From NCBI GenBank assembly GCA_965206505.1, contig CBDBJW010000005.1, positions 567,596 to 631,595 of the forward strand: DNA of 64,000 nucleotides, written 5' to 3'. The translations under genes were made by a program, and so were the position numbers. Below the pieces are notes generated by a model, which saw nothing but the letters and a program-made list of their open reading frames with translations, searched no databases and was not told the DNA's origin. Shown one piece after another: positions 17,494 to 27,544 of this stretch. Each line of letters starts with the position of its first letter. Position 1 is the stretch's first letter. The DNA comes from Longimicrobiales bacterium (GTDB taxonomy: Bacteria; Gemmatimonadota; Gemmatimonadetes; Longimicrobiales; Gaopeijiaceae).

Positions 17494-18701
17494 GCGTACT
17501 CCACGCCCCGAATTTCCAGGATCCGCAGCAGCGCCTCCCCGATCTTGTTATTGGGCGTCGATGCTCCGGCCGTCATCCCCAGATCGAACGGCCCCTCCGG
17601 CATCCAGTCGGTAACTATCTCCTCGGGGGTATCGCTCCCAACATCCGGCTTGTGCCTGATCGTGCCGTTCTCCAAGTCGATACACGCCGCGTCCTCGATG
17701 TGGTACGTGGTCGTGAACTCGCGGCAGAGATGGGCGAGGTGATCGGTATTCGATGAGTTGTAACCGCCCATGACGATCATGACCTCAGGGGGTCCCTCTT
17801 CCATCATGGCCTCGATGGCGTCCTGTCTCTCCTGGGTCGCGGAGCAGATCGTGTCGAAGGATCGGAAATTGCTCTCGGCATAATCTTCCCCAGATCCCTC
17901 GACCATGGCCTCCCGGATTTTTTCACCGATGGCGAGCGAATCGTTGGCTAGCATGGTTGTCTGGTTCGCCACGCCGATTTTCTGCAAATGCAAATCGGGA
18001 TCGAAGCCTTCCGTCGCCTTCACCCGAAAGTGCTCGATGAAGGCTTCACGAGATAGTCGATTCGGACGGTCGGCGATGTAGTCACAGATGACGTCCGCCT
18101 CCTCCATGTTCAGCACGATGATGTAACGGCCACCTTCATGGTTACGGACCTGGGAAGCCGTTGCCCTCGATTCCTCGTGGTAGTGCTTTCCGTGCATGAC
18201 GGCGGTGAATCCGTCCCGGGCGTAGCTCTCCACCCGCTTCCAGACCAGGAGCACCGACCCGCACGTCGTATCCACCAGTACGCACCCGATTTCTCTGAGC
18301 GCGGCCAGGTCTTGAACGGTGACCCCGAAGGCGGGCAGGATCACCACGTCCTCCTCGGTCAGCTCCGAGAAGTCGAACGCCCCGTCCTCGCCAGTTCGGA
18401 TGAAGTCCATCCCCATGTCTCGGATGCGCTGATTGACGTGCGGGTTGTGGATGATTTCCCCAACGAGGCGAACGCGCTTGTCGGGGAATTTATGGCGGGT
18501 TTCGTAGGCGTAGTCGATGGCCCGATCCACGCCGTAGCAGAATCCGAATTCTTTCGCCAGGCGAACGGTGACGTTACCCATGACCTTGCGATCGCCCTCG
18601 GAGCGGATGCTCTCAACCAGGGCGGAGTGATACTCCAGATCGATCAGGGGTTGCACCCGAGACTTCAGGCCGAACCCGCGTCTAAAGTAGGTCTCTTCCA
18701 T
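17490..18701 (-). CDS. ispH: 4-hydroxy-3-methylbut-2-enyl diphosphate reductase (long form)
   Basis: FGFCYGVDRAIDYAYE, GEIIHNPHVN, DTTCGSV, HGKHYHEE, ANQTT, ICSATQERQ and GGYNSSNT are IspH/LytB motifs including the three cluster Cys contexts. Confidence 0.9.
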   Translation of the reverse strand: MEETYFRRGFGLKSRVQPLIDLEYHSALVESIRSEGDRKVMGNVTVRLAKEFGFCYGVDRAIDYAYETRHKFPDKRVRLVGEIIHNPHVNQRIRDMGMDFIRTGEDGAFDFSELTEEDVVILPAFGVTVQDLAALREIGCVLVDTTCGSVLLVWKRVESYARDGFTAVMHGKHYHEESRATASQVRNHEGGRYIIVLNMEEADVICDYIADRPNRLSREAFIEHFRVKATEGFDPDLHLQKIGVANQTTMLANDSLAIGEKIREAMVEGSGEDYAESNFRSFDTICSATQERQDAIEAMMEEGPPEVMIVMGGYNSSNTDHLAHLCREFTTTYHIEDAACIDLENGTIRHKPDVGSDTPEEIVTDWMPEGPFDLGMTAGASTPNNKIGEALLRILEIRGVEYA

Positions 18702-18828
18702 ATGCGTCTGTGCGATTGAAGGTGTGGCCCCGGCGGGCCGCCATAAAAGCTAACGGTGGGCATCGAGCACGCGAAGAAGGTGCGGCGTGGTAGGACCGAT
18801 CCCCCGGCGACCGGGGTATTATTGCGCC

Positions 18829-19317
18829 ATGAGCATTCTTGGGCGGCTCGCCCTTCTCTTCGTCATCGTTCCCTTGCTGGAACTGGCCCTTCTGATTCAG
18901 ATGGGCCAGTGGGTCGGATATTGGCCCACGATCGGCTTGGTCGTATTTACGGGTGTCGCGGGTGCGTGGCTGGCGCGCATGCAAGGACTCCGCACCATGT
19001 GGAGGCTGCGTCATGATCTCGCGAATGGGCGTGTACCGGGGCAAGCCATCATGGATGGTATGGCCGTGCTTGCGGGGGGCGCGCTTCTGCTCGCGCCAGG
19101 GATCCTCACCGACCTGATCGGGTTCGGCTTGCTGTTCCCCGGGACGCGGCACGCCATCCAAAGACGCATCATGGCTCGACTCGAGCGCCACATCCAGGAA
19201 AGTGCGGTCCACGTGAAAGTGACCGGGGGCGAAATATGGAGTCGCTCTCCTGATCCGATGGCTCCTGATCCGATTTCTCCTGATCCGCTGTCTCCGTCCC
19301 GATCGCCAGGAGAGTGA
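18829..19317 (+). CDS. fxsA: FxsA-family membrane protein
   Basis: LLFVIVPLLELALLIQMGQWVGYWPT...LLLAPGILTDLIGFGLLFPGTR. The C-terminal tail has a PDP-x-x-PDP repeat. Confidence 0.8.
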   Translation: MSILGRLALLFVIVPLLELALLIQMGQWVGYWPTIGLVVFTGVAGAWLARMQGLRTMWRLRHDLANGRVPGQAIMDGMAVLAGGALLLAPGILTDLIGFGLLFPGTRHAIQRRIMARLERHIQESAVHVKVTGGEIWSRSPDPMAPDPISPDPLSPSRSPGE

Positions 19318-19373
19318 GCAGGCCGGATCGAGCCCTTTGAGTGCCGTCCCGTAGCATATAGCTTCTCCCCACC

Positions 19374-20444
19374 ATGAATGACTCACCGGCCTTTCTCGCC
19401 CGCCTCCTCGATGCTGCCGGCCCCTCCGGATTCGAGGTTGAAGCGGCTCGAATTTGGCGCGCGGAGGCGGAAACCTTCGCGGACTCGGTTACGACGGACG
19501 TCAGCGGGAACACCGTTGCGACCGTAAACCCCGAGGGGCGACCACGCATCATGCTTGCTGGTCACATCGACGAGATCGGCCTCCAGGTCACGCACGTAGA
19601 CGAGGACGGATTTCTCTACATCGCTGGGATCGGCGGATGGGATCCCCAGGTAGTCGTGGGCCAACGCGTGAAAATACTGGGCCCCCAGGGCAACATTCTC
19701 GGTGTGGTTGGCAAGAAGGCCATTCACTTGCAGAAGGTCGACGAGCGCAAGAGTGCGTCGAAAATCGATCAACTGTGGGTCGACGTCGGGGTGGGATCCC
19801 GTGCGGAAGCGGAGGCGCTCGGCCTGAGGGTCGGAGACGCCATGGTTATCGACGCGGCGATGGTAAGCTTGGCCGGTGACCGAATCGCGAGCCGAGCCAT
19901 CGACAATCGAATCGGAGCGTACATAGTGCTCGAGGCGCTGCGGCTCCTTTCGAACGCGTCACCGATGGCCTCCGCCGTCGCAGTCGCAACGGTACAGGAG
20001 GAGATCGGTGGCGGAGCGGGTGGGGGAGCGCGCACCAGTGCTTTCGGACTGGAACCGGACGCCGCCCTTGTGGTCGACGTCACGTTCAGTACCGACGTAC
20101 CCGATATCGAGAAGAAGGTGTTGGGAGAGCACCGTCTGGGAGGAGGCCCCGTCTTGAGCAGAGGGTCGGCGGCCCATCCGGTGGTTTTCGAGCGCTTGGT
20201 GGAGGTGGCCGGGGTGGAAGGGATTCCTCATACGATTCAGGCCGCGCCGCGGTCTACGCGCACGGACGCCGACTCCATCTACCTGACCCGATCGGGCGTC
20301 CCCACCGGGCTGGTGTCGGTGCCGAATCGATACATGCATTCGCCAAACGAGATGGTGAGCCTGTCCGATTTGGAATCCACGGCTCGTCTGTTGGCTGCTT
20401 TCGTGGCGAGTCTCGATGGAGACACAGACTTTACTCCGCGATGA
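19374..20444 (+). CDS. M42-family aminopeptidase (FrvX/YsdC-like)
   Basis: LLDAAGPSGFE, MLAGHIDEIGLQVTHVDEDGFLYIAGIGGWD, ASRAIDNRIG, VQEEIGGGA, PNRYMHSPNE. Confidence 0.85.
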   Translation: MNDSPAFLARLLDAAGPSGFEVEAARIWRAEAETFADSVTTDVSGNTVATVNPEGRPRIMLAGHIDEIGLQVTHVDEDGFLYIAGIGGWDPQVVVGQRVKILGPQGNILGVVGKKAIHLQKVDERKSASKIDQLWVDVGVGSRAEAEALGLRVGDAMVIDAAMVSLAGDRIASRAIDNRIGAYIVLEALRLLSNASPMASAVAVATVQEEIGGGAGGGARTSAFGLEPDAALVVDVTFSTDVPDIEKKVLGEHRLGGGPVLSRGSAAHPVVFERLVEVAGVEGIPHTIQAAPRSTRTDADSIYLTRSGVPTGLVSVPNRYMHSPNEMVSLSDLESTARLLAAFVASLDGDTDFTPR

Positions 20445-20579
20445 CGGTCGAGCTGAAGTGCTGTTTCTAATATGCGGCTCAGCTTGCTCGTAAGTGGTCT
20501 CGTATGTACCGTCTTGGCTCAGCGAACTCGATAAGTTCTTGGGGGCTTGGCCCCATTTCCTGAACCGGAATAGGTCCGA

Positions 20580-21050
20580 ATGTTCGAACCGAACGATGTC
20601 TTGAAGGAGTTAGAAGAGCTGAGGGACAATGGATTCCTCTCGGATACCCTCTTGCGCCGGGTCGTAAAGGACGTCGCGGCGGCCGACGATCGGTTCGACT
20701 GGGTGGGCGTCTACCTCGTGGATTCCGCGGAGAACGTGCTCTGGCTGCACAATTACATGGGAAGAGCCACGACGCACTCTAAGATCCCAATCGGTGAGGG
20801 CGTATGCGGCACCGCTATCGCGGAGGGGAAGAACACGATGGTCCCCGATGTGAGTGCGGTGGACCACTACATCGAGTGTGATCGGAGAACGAAATCTGAG
20901 ATGGTCGTCCTGATCGGTGGCGGCGATGAAATTTTCGGGCTGATCAATATCGAGAGTAGGACGGAAAAAGCGTTTACGGACGAGGACAGCGCAGCTGTCC
21001 AATCCCTGGCGGACAAGCTCGCCGAGCAGCTAGCCCAGGAGCGCAACTGA
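20580..21050 (+). CDS. GAF-domain protein (free methionine-R-sulfoxide reductase-like)
   Basis: WVGVYLVDS...IPIGEGVCGTAIAEGKNTMVPDV...YIECD..TKSEMVVLI...GLINIES. Confidence 0.75.
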   Translation: MFEPNDVLKELEELRDNGFLSDTLLRRVVKDVAAADDRFDWVGVYLVDSAENVLWLHNYMGRATTHSKIPIGEGVCGTAIAEGKNTMVPDVSAVDHYIECDRRTKSEMVVLIGGGDEIFGLINIESRTEKAFTDEDSAAVQSLADKLAEQLAQERN

Positions 21051-21115
21051 CAGCCTACCGGGTTCATCGGTAAGATCAAGCCTTTGGGCGGTGAGTAACG
21101 TGGGCACTAGGAGGG

Positions 21116-22552
21116 ATGGAGAGCATATTGTCAGAGCCGCTGACGAAGGAGCTGAGGGATCGCCTCCGAGGTGTGGTGGGAGACGCTTGGGTCGTCGCCG
21201 ACCCGGATCGTCTTCTGGCGTATGAGTCCGACGGACTGACCGCCTATCGCAGGATGCCACGCGCAGTCGTGCTCCCTCGGGACACCGACGAGGTGAGCCG
21301 CGTGCTGGGCATCCTTTCACAGGAAGCTGTGCCTGTGGTTCCGAGAGGTGCGGGAACAGGACTCTCGGGAGGCGCCCTGGCGGATGGTGATGCGGTCGTG
21401 GTCGGTACGGCGCGGATGACCGACATGCTCAAACTCGATCCCGCCAATCGACTTGCCCGGGTTCAGCCGGGGATGATCAACGCGGATCTCACGACGGCGG
21501 CGGAGCCCTTTGGGCTGTACTACGCGCCCGATCCCTCCTCGCAGAGCGCGTGTACGCTGGGCGGGAACGTAGCCGAGAATTCGGGCGGGCCCCACTGCCT
21601 CAAGTACGGGGTCACGTCGCGGTATGTGACGGGGCTCACGGTCGTGACCTACGACGGGAAGATCGTAGAGATGGGTGGCTTCGGCAGGGAGTCCGGCGGA
21701 TACGATCTTCTGGGCTTGTTCGTCGGGTCCGAGGGGTGCTTCGGAATCGCTACCGAGATCGAGGTGCGTCTTCTGCCCCTGCCGGAGGGGGTGCGTACGC
21801 TGCTGGCGATCTTCGACCGATTGGGGGATGCTGGCAGTGCCGTGACGGAGATCATGGCCGAAGGACTTCTCCCCGCGGCTCTGGAGATCATCGATGGACC
21901 CACGATTCGTGCGGTCGAGGCGAGTGTGTTCGCAGCGGGTTTCCCGACCGACGCAGAGGCGGCACTGGTGGTCGAGTTCGACGGTATTGAAGCGGGCCTG
22001 GTAGCTGATGTCGAACGGGCGGTGATCCGTTGTCGGGAGGCCGGAGCCCGGGAGGTAAGAACGGCGGACTCCGTCGAGGAGCGGCTGGCGCTTTGGCAAG
22101 GCCGCAAGAAGGCATTCGGGGCCATGGGTCAGATCGCGAGCGATCTGTTGGTTCAGGACGCGACCGTCCCCCGGAGCAGGCTTACCGACGTTCTCGGGCG
22201 GATCTCTGAGATCGGGGTCCGCCACAATCTGACCATCGCCAACGTGTTTCACGCTGGGGACGGCAACCTGCATCCGAACCTTCTCTTCGACCGGAGCGAT
22301 CCCGAAGAACTCGCCCGCGTCGAGCGCGCGTCTACCGAGATTATGGCGGTGTGTGTGGAGGCTGGGGGTACGATCACCGGAGAGCATGGGGTCGGCTTGG
22401 ACAAACGGCGCTACATGAGCCTGGTGCATAGTCCCGAGGAGTTGGACGCCATGCGGCGCATCAAGGCCGTCTTCGACCCGCTCGGGCGCATGAACCCCGC
22501 CAAAGTGCTTCCCGATCCCGATCCGCCCGACTCCGCGGGAGTCGCCCTGTGA
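21116..22552 (+). CDS. glcD: glycolate oxidase subunit GlcD (FAD-linked oxidase)
   Basis: VVPRGAGTGLSGGA, NVAENSGGPHCLKYG, GEHGVGLDKRRYM. It is followed by glcE- and glcF-like genes with overlapping stop/start codons. Confidence 0.9.
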   Translation: MESILSEPLTKELRDRLRGVVGDAWVVADPDRLLAYESDGLTAYRRMPRAVVLPRDTDEVSRVLGILSQEAVPVVPRGAGTGLSGGALADGDAVVVGTARMTDMLKLDPANRLARVQPGMINADLTTAAEPFGLYYAPDPSSQSACTLGGNVAENSGGPHCLKYGVTSRYVTGLTVVTYDGKIVEMGGFGRESGGYDLLGLFVGSEGCFGIATEIEVRLLPLPEGVRTLLAIFDRLGDAGSAVTEIMAEGLLPAALEIIDGPTIRAVEASVFAAGFPTDAEAALVVEFDGIEAGLVADVERAVIRCREAGAREVRTADSVEERLALWQGRKKAFGAMGQIASDLLVQDATVPRSRLTDVLGRISEIGVRHNLTIANVFHAGDGNLHPNLLFDRSDPEELARVERASTEIMAVCVEAGGTITGEHGVGLDKRRYMSLVHSPEELDAMRRIKAVFDPLGRMNPAKVLPDPDPPDSAGVAL

Positions 22553-23862
22553 ATCCGTTGGCTGGGCTATTGTCTGAACGGTTGTCCAAGGCGCAGGTGG
22601 TCGACGGTTTCGACACCGAGCCCTGGGCGGTCTGCGGGCGGTTGCCGCAGGCCGTTGTTTTCCCGGAGAGCGAAGAGCAGGTGGCTGAGATCCTCTCGTT
22701 GTCCAGTGAGGAAGGGTGGCGCTGCATCCCGGGGGGCCGAGGGAGTTGGCTGCATGGAGGGCAGCCTCCGCAGGGCGTCGATGTATTCGTAAGTGCCGAG
22801 AGAATGAATGACATCTCGGCGTACGAACCCGCCGACCAGTTCATCGAGGCCCAGGCGGGAGCCGGATTGGACGCACTCGAGCGTCGTACGAGCGAGTGCC
22901 GACAGTGGCTTGCCCTCGATCCGCCGGGTGGAAAACGAGGTACACTCGGAGCCATGTTGGCAGTCGGAACCGCGGGGCCACTTCAGGCAGGCTTCGGTTC
23001 CCCCCGGGATCAGGTGCTCGGAGCCACGCTCGTAACGGGGGACGGGCGAGTGCTTGGTTTGGGCGGCAGGGTGGTGAAGAACGTGGCGGGCTTCGATCTG
23101 CTCAAGTTGGTCGCTGGCAGTTGGGGCACCTTGGGAATGATCACGAGTGTGACCATGCGGCTCCACCCCCTCCCGGCGGTTGATCGATCGCTTCTGTTCA
23201 AGGGTGCTGCGGCGGCGGACGGCGCGGAGCTGGCGTGCCGCCTTGCCCAAGTACCGCTCCCGCTCGCGGCGGTGGAGCTGTTGGTGCCCGGGGATGGGGA
23301 GTCGGGAGTAGACGCTCCCAGCCCCCTGGTCGCTGTCCGGATCCTGGAGTCGGTGGACGCCGTGGACGAGGCGGAGCGGGTCGTGTCCGAGCGTGCGGGC
23401 ATGCAGCCTGTTCAGCGGCTGGAAGGAGAGCAATCGGCGGCGATTTTCGATAACGTGAGGGCCATGGAAGACGGGGCCGAACTCGTGTTGCGTCTGAGCC
23501 TTCTTCCTGCCCGGCTACCGGGATTGATCGAGATGACTTCTCGACTGAGAGGTTTATATGATCCGGCAGAGGGCTGGGGCATGCGTCTGGCGGCCCACGC
23601 GCACACGGGCGTGCTACGGGTGATAATCGCGAGGGTGACCCGGTCGGACGACTGGGTGGATCGGGCCAAGACCGCGCTGGGAGTCCTGCGGCGGTCCCTC
23701 GAGGCGGAAGGTGGAAGCCTTGTGATCTCTCAGGGTCCGCCGGAGATCGTGGATGTCATTTCAGCCTCGGGTGAACTCGGTCCGGCTGCTCTGTTCACTG
23801 CGGGGATCCAAGCGGCGTTCGACCCCGCTGGGATTCTCGCCCGAGGTAGATTGCCGCGGTGA
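22549..23862 (+). CDS. glcE: glycolate oxidase FAD-binding subunit GlcE
   Basis: FAD PCMH-type domain (GGRGSWL, VKNVAGFDLLKLVAGSWGTLG) lying between glcD and glcF. GTGA overlap with glcD. Confidence 0.8.
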   Translation: MNPLAGLLSERLSKAQVVDGFDTEPWAVCGRLPQAVVFPESEEQVAEILSLSSEEGWRCIPGGRGSWLHGGQPPQGVDVFVSAERMNDISAYEPADQFIEAQAGAGLDALERRTSECRQWLALDPPGGKRGTLGAMLAVGTAGPLQAGFGSPRDQVLGATLVTGDGRVLGLGGRVVKNVAGFDLLKLVAGSWGTLGMITSVTMRLHPLPAVDRSLLFKGAAAADGAELACRLAQVPLPLAAVELLVPGDGESGVDAPSPLVAVRILESVDAVDEAERVVSERAGMQPVQRLEGEQSAAIFDNVRAMEDGAELVLRLSLLPARLPGLIEMTSRLRGLYDPAEGWGMRLAAHAHTGVLRVIIARVTRSDDWVDRAKTALGVLRRSLEAEGGSLVISQGPPEIVDVISASGELGPAALFTAGIQAAFDPAGILARGRLPR

Positions 23863-25229
23863 AGCCGCAACACGACACTGCGTTGGCCGCCGCGCTCTGG
23901 GCCCAGGAAGACAAACTCATGCCGTGTGTGCACTGCGGATTTTGCCTACCGGCGTGCCCCACCTATTCCCGGCTGGGAGACGAGAACGATTCGCCCCGCG
24001 GCAGACTCCACCTCATGCGTGCGGTCGTCGAGGGCCGGCTGAGCCCCGACTCCGAAGCGTTTCAGACCCATATCGACCGTTGCTTGGGATGTCGCGCATG
24101 TGAGCCTGTGTGCCCTTCGAGCGTCGAGTACGGCGTCTTGCTCGAGGCCGCACGGGAGTCGGTTTTCCGGGCTCGAAAGACGCCCGCCGTCGTGGGGATG
24201 CTCCTGGCCGTTTTTGCGAGCCCTACATGGACGAGCTGGAGCATGCGCCTGGCCAGAGTTGTGCGAGGACTAGGCATGGCCGGACTGGCGGCGAAACTGA
24301 TGCCAGGGAACCGCCTTTTCCACCCGATACGGTTCGGTCTTGCGATGCTCGACGCGAGCCAAGAGCGGCAACTCCCGGTGGGACCGCCTTCGGGTTCCGC
24401 TTCCCCGAGTGCATCGGAGGATGGGTCGTCGGACGGTGCATCACCTTGGCGGGAGCGTGGTCGGGGACGTGTGGCGATCCTTCGCGGATGTGTCCAGGAG
24501 GGGCTGTTCGCGAGGGTGAACGACGCTACGAAGAGGGTCCTTCGGGCCAACGGCTACGAGGTGGTCGAGGTGAGCGGGCAGGGATGTTGTGGTGCTCTTC
24601 ACACCCATGCCGGGGACGCATCGGGCGCTCGCGTGCTGGCGCGTTCCAACGTCCAGGCTCTGGGGTCGGCCCAGGTCGACTTCGTTGCGGTGAACGCGGC
24701 CGGCTGTGGTGCCGCCCTGAAGGAGTACGGCCACCTTCTCGAGGCCGATGAGGAATACAGGCAGACTGCCGCGGCCCTTGCTGCTTCCACCCGCGACATC
24801 TCGGAGCTTCTGACCGGTAACACTTTGGCGGCGGGGGACAGCCTGCGGGTTGGTGCGCCGCTGCCGGCTCGGGTCACGTACGATGCCGCCTGTCATCTAT
24901 GCCACGCACAGGGTGTCAGGGAGGAGCCCCGGGCGCTGCTCGGGGCTATTCCGGAGCTCGTTGTCCTGCCTCTTCGGGACGAAGAGGAATGCTGTGGTGG
25001 GGCCGGAATCTATGGGATCACCCATGCCGAGCTAGGAGGGGGAATCGGCGCCGATAAGGTGTCCGCCGTCTTGGCCACGAGGGCTGAGATTGTCGCGACC
25101 GGAAATCCCGGCTGCATGATGCAGATCGGAGCCGGGCTCCTGCTCGAAGGTTCGGACGTCATAACGTGCCACCCCGTCGAGTTACTGGACGAGAGCTATC
25201 GGCGCGCGGGCTTCTATGACGGACCCTGA
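23859..25229 (+). CDS. glcF: glycolate oxidase iron-sulfur subunit GlcF
   Basis: CVHCGFCLPACPTY and CLGCRACEPVCPS cluster motifs plus two CCG-type Cys-rich regions (GCCGA, ECCGGAG). Confidence 0.85.
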   Translation: MKPQHDTALAAALWAQEDKLMPCVHCGFCLPACPTYSRLGDENDSPRGRLHLMRAVVEGRLSPDSEAFQTHIDRCLGCRACEPVCPSSVEYGVLLEAARESVFRARKTPAVVGMLLAVFASPTWTSWSMRLARVVRGLGMAGLAAKLMPGNRLFHPIRFGLAMLDASQERQLPVGPPSGSASPSASEDGSSDGASPWRERGRGRVAILRGCVQEGLFARVNDATKRVLRANGYEVVEVSGQGCCGALHTHAGDASGARVLARSNVQALGSAQVDFVAVNAAGCGAALKEYGHLLEADEEYRQTAAALAASTRDISELLTGNTLAAGDSLRVGAPLPARVTYDAACHLCHAQGVREEPRALLGAIPELVVLPLRDEEECCGGAGIYGITHAELGGGIGADKVSAVLATRAEIVATGNPGCMMQIGAGLLLEGSDVITCHPVELLDESYRRAGFYDGP

Positions 25230-26397
25230 GGTCGCAGGGGTCGGAGACTTCCTCGCTGAACGGCGAGACGACATCGCAGGGCTGCTCATCGAGTTGGCCG
25301 ATCTGGAGTCCCCTTCTCGGGTGCCCGAGTCCCAACACCCCATTCAGGAGGTCTTGACCCGGCGGCTCGAGGCGATCGGCTTCGTAGCCCGGCTCTTCCC
25401 CGGCGAGAAAACGGGTGGCCACCTCTACCTGTCACGCAAGGATGCGGGGCAGGCCGCCCGAGGAGCGCCGGTCCAGCTTCTGCTCGGACACACGGACACG
25501 GTCTGGCCGATCGGCACGGTGCTTGACATGCCGGTAGAGTGGGACGAAGGGGAGGACGTCATCCGGGGTCCGGGAGTCTTCGACATGAAGGCTGGGATTG
25601 TCGAGATGGTTTTCGCACTCGAAGCCCTATCGGAGCTCGGACTCGAGCCGACCGTCGCTCCCACGATCTTCCTGAACTCCGACGAGGAAATCGGCAGTCC
25701 TGAATCACACGGTCACGTCGAGCAGCTGGCTCAGGCGTCGAGTCGCGTACTCGTTCTGGAGCCGGCCCTCGGCCCCGAGGGGCTCATAAAAACGACCCGT
25801 CGGGGCGTGGGGCGCTTCGACATTCGGGTCGCTGGTCGTGCCTCGCATTCGGGGCTCGCGCCCGGGGACGGTGTGAGTGCGATCCAGGAGATGGCCCACG
25901 TCATCCAGAATCTCCATGCGTTGACGGACCCGGAGGGGGGGATAACGGTCAATGTGGGCACGGTTTCCGGCGGGACGGCGGTCAACGTCGTTGCCGCCGA
26001 ATGCTGCGCCAGCGTGGACGTGAGGGTAGGAACGCAGGCCGACGGTCGACGGGTGAAAGAAGTCATTCAGGGCCTGGAGCCCACCACGCCAGGGACCCGG
26101 TTGGAGGTCGACGTGTCGCTCGAGCGCGGCCCAATGGAGGCCACACCTCGAAACCGAATCCTTTGGGAGGGCGTTCGGGGCTGCGGTAAACGCCTTGGGC
26201 TGGAGTTGGAGGATGGCGAGTCCGGGGGCGCGTCGGACGGAAACACGACGAGTCTCTATGCTGCTACGGTGGACGGATTGGGCGCGGTAGGGGACGGAGC
26301 TCACGCGCGCCACGAGCATGTTCGCGTGAGCAGCCTTCCCGAGAGAACAGCCCTCTTGGCCCTCATTCTCATGATGCCGCAACTGGAAGGCTGTTGA
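25216..26397 (+). CDS. M20-family metallopeptidase (carboxypeptidase G2-like)
   Basis: LLLGHTDTVWP, GPGVFDMKAG, LNSDEEIGSP, GRASHSG, SDGN. Confidence 0.85.
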   Translation: MTDPEVAGVGDFLAERRDDIAGLLIELADLESPSRVPESQHPIQEVLTRRLEAIGFVARLFPGEKTGGHLYLSRKDAGQAARGAPVQLLLGHTDTVWPIGTVLDMPVEWDEGEDVIRGPGVFDMKAGIVEMVFALEALSELGLEPTVAPTIFLNSDEEIGSPESHGHVEQLAQASSRVLVLEPALGPEGLIKTTRRGVGRFDIRVAGRASHSGLAPGDGVSAIQEMAHVIQNLHALTDPEGGITVNVGTVSGGTAVNVVAAECCASVDVRVGTQADGRRVKEVIQGLEPTTPGTRLEVDVSLERGPMEATPRNRILWEGVRGCGKRLGLELEDGESGGASDGNTTSLYAATVDGLGAVGDGAHARHEHVRVSSLPERTALLALILMMPQLEGC

Positions 26398-26433
26398 ACG
26401 AGCCGCTAAAAGTCTCTCAGCTACGGAGGAACC

Positions 26434-27279
26434 TCAACCGCCGCGGTGCCGTTCCATGAAACCCACGAGAGCGTTCAAGAAATCGGGGCGGGCAGACTCG
26501 ATAAAAGCCATGTGATCCGCTCCCGAGATTTCCAGCGATTCAAGGTCGGCCGTTCCTAGGGCGCGGAACAGCGAGTCACGCTGCTCCCGCGTCGCGATGG
26601 GATCGAACTCGGCATGAATCAGGAGTGTCGGGACGCGCACCTGCGTGGGATCGAGTTCATCCCACTCGTGTGCGCCGCGCCAGTCCACGCGTATGGGGTC
26701 AGCCTCTATTGCTGCCTTCACATAGGCATCGATGGCGAACTGGCCGATCGATCCGGGCGTGATGAAGTCGCTCGCGGCGGCGGCGGCGCTGTTGGGGGCC
26801 GCCGGGGGTCGCATATCCCCTTCGCCATCCGCAAGGGGGGCCCCAGCGAACGTTGGGGAATAGCCAAAAAAGACAAGGGCCGACACCAACTCCGGCCAGC
26901 GTTGGACCGTGAGTTGAGCCACCTTCGAGCCGCGGGACCAACCGAGAAGGGCAGGCTTCGGCCCACCTCCGGTGAGGAGCCAGACGCGATCGAGCACTGC
27001 CCTGAGATCCCTTGCCGCACGATCGGGGCTCAGCCATCCGGTTTCATCGCGGGGCGTTTGGCCGTAACCCCTAAAGTCGACCGCGAAGGCGGCGTACCCC
27101 GCCTCCACCAACCCGTCCATCAGCGAAAGGTCCTCGCCTGGCACCTGTAGATCGAAGTTGGGACGGGCACTCCACGTGCGGCCGTGCAGTAGGACGATCG
27201 CCCCTCGCGCCTCCAACGGGCTCTTCTCCCAAAGGGCGATGGGATGCCCATCAGCGTCGACGTTATGCCTTATGATCAT
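26434..27279 (-). CDS. alpha/beta-fold hydrolase
   Basis: VLLHGRTWSA, nucleophile elbow GWSRGS, C-terminal GADHMAF. Start moved to MIIRHNV. Confidence 0.75.
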   Translation of the reverse strand: MIIRHNVDADGHPIALWEKSPLEARGAIVLLHGRTWSARPNFDLQVPGEDLSLMDGLVEAGYAAFAVDFRGYGQTPRDETGWLSPDRAARDLRAVLDRVWLLTGGGPKPALLGWSRGSKVAQLTVQRWPELVSALVFFGYSPTFAGAPLADGEGDMRPPAAPNSAAAAASDFITPGSIGQFAIDAYVKAAIEADPIRVDWRGAHEWDELDPTQVRVPTLLIHAEFDPIATREQRDSLFRALGTADLESLEISGADHMAFIESARPDFLNALVGFMERHRGG

Positions 27280-27403
27280 CCTGGTCGGTGAAAGTGGTGA
27301 TCTCCGGTTCGCGGCCAAGCTGGTCTCCAGCCGCCGAGTAGCGCAAGTTTCGGTGCCGATTACGGATGCCGACCGGCCGCTGATACGCTTCCAGGAGTAC
27401 CCC

Positions 27404-27544
27404 ATGGGTTCCCATTTCACGGTACGTCCGTTCACCTCCATTGCGGAGTTCAAGGAGTGCGTCCGCTTTCAGGAAGAGACGTGGGGTGAGGGCTTCTCCG
27501 AGCGTGTGGCGATCCCAAGAGCCTTCCGAAAGATGATCACGTGA
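27404..27544 (+). pseudogene. possible N-terminal stub of a GNAT-like protein
   Basis: MGSHFTVRPFTSIAEFKECVRFQEETWGEGFSERV resembles the N-terminus of a roughly 290-aa acetyltransferase-like family (from memory). The reading frame ends after 46 codons at the start of the next gene. Confidence 0.3.

Noticed and set aside
21317-22429. 370-aa minus-strand ORF.
   Set aside because: It is antisense to glcD, whose motifs are unambiguous, so this is a shadow ORF.
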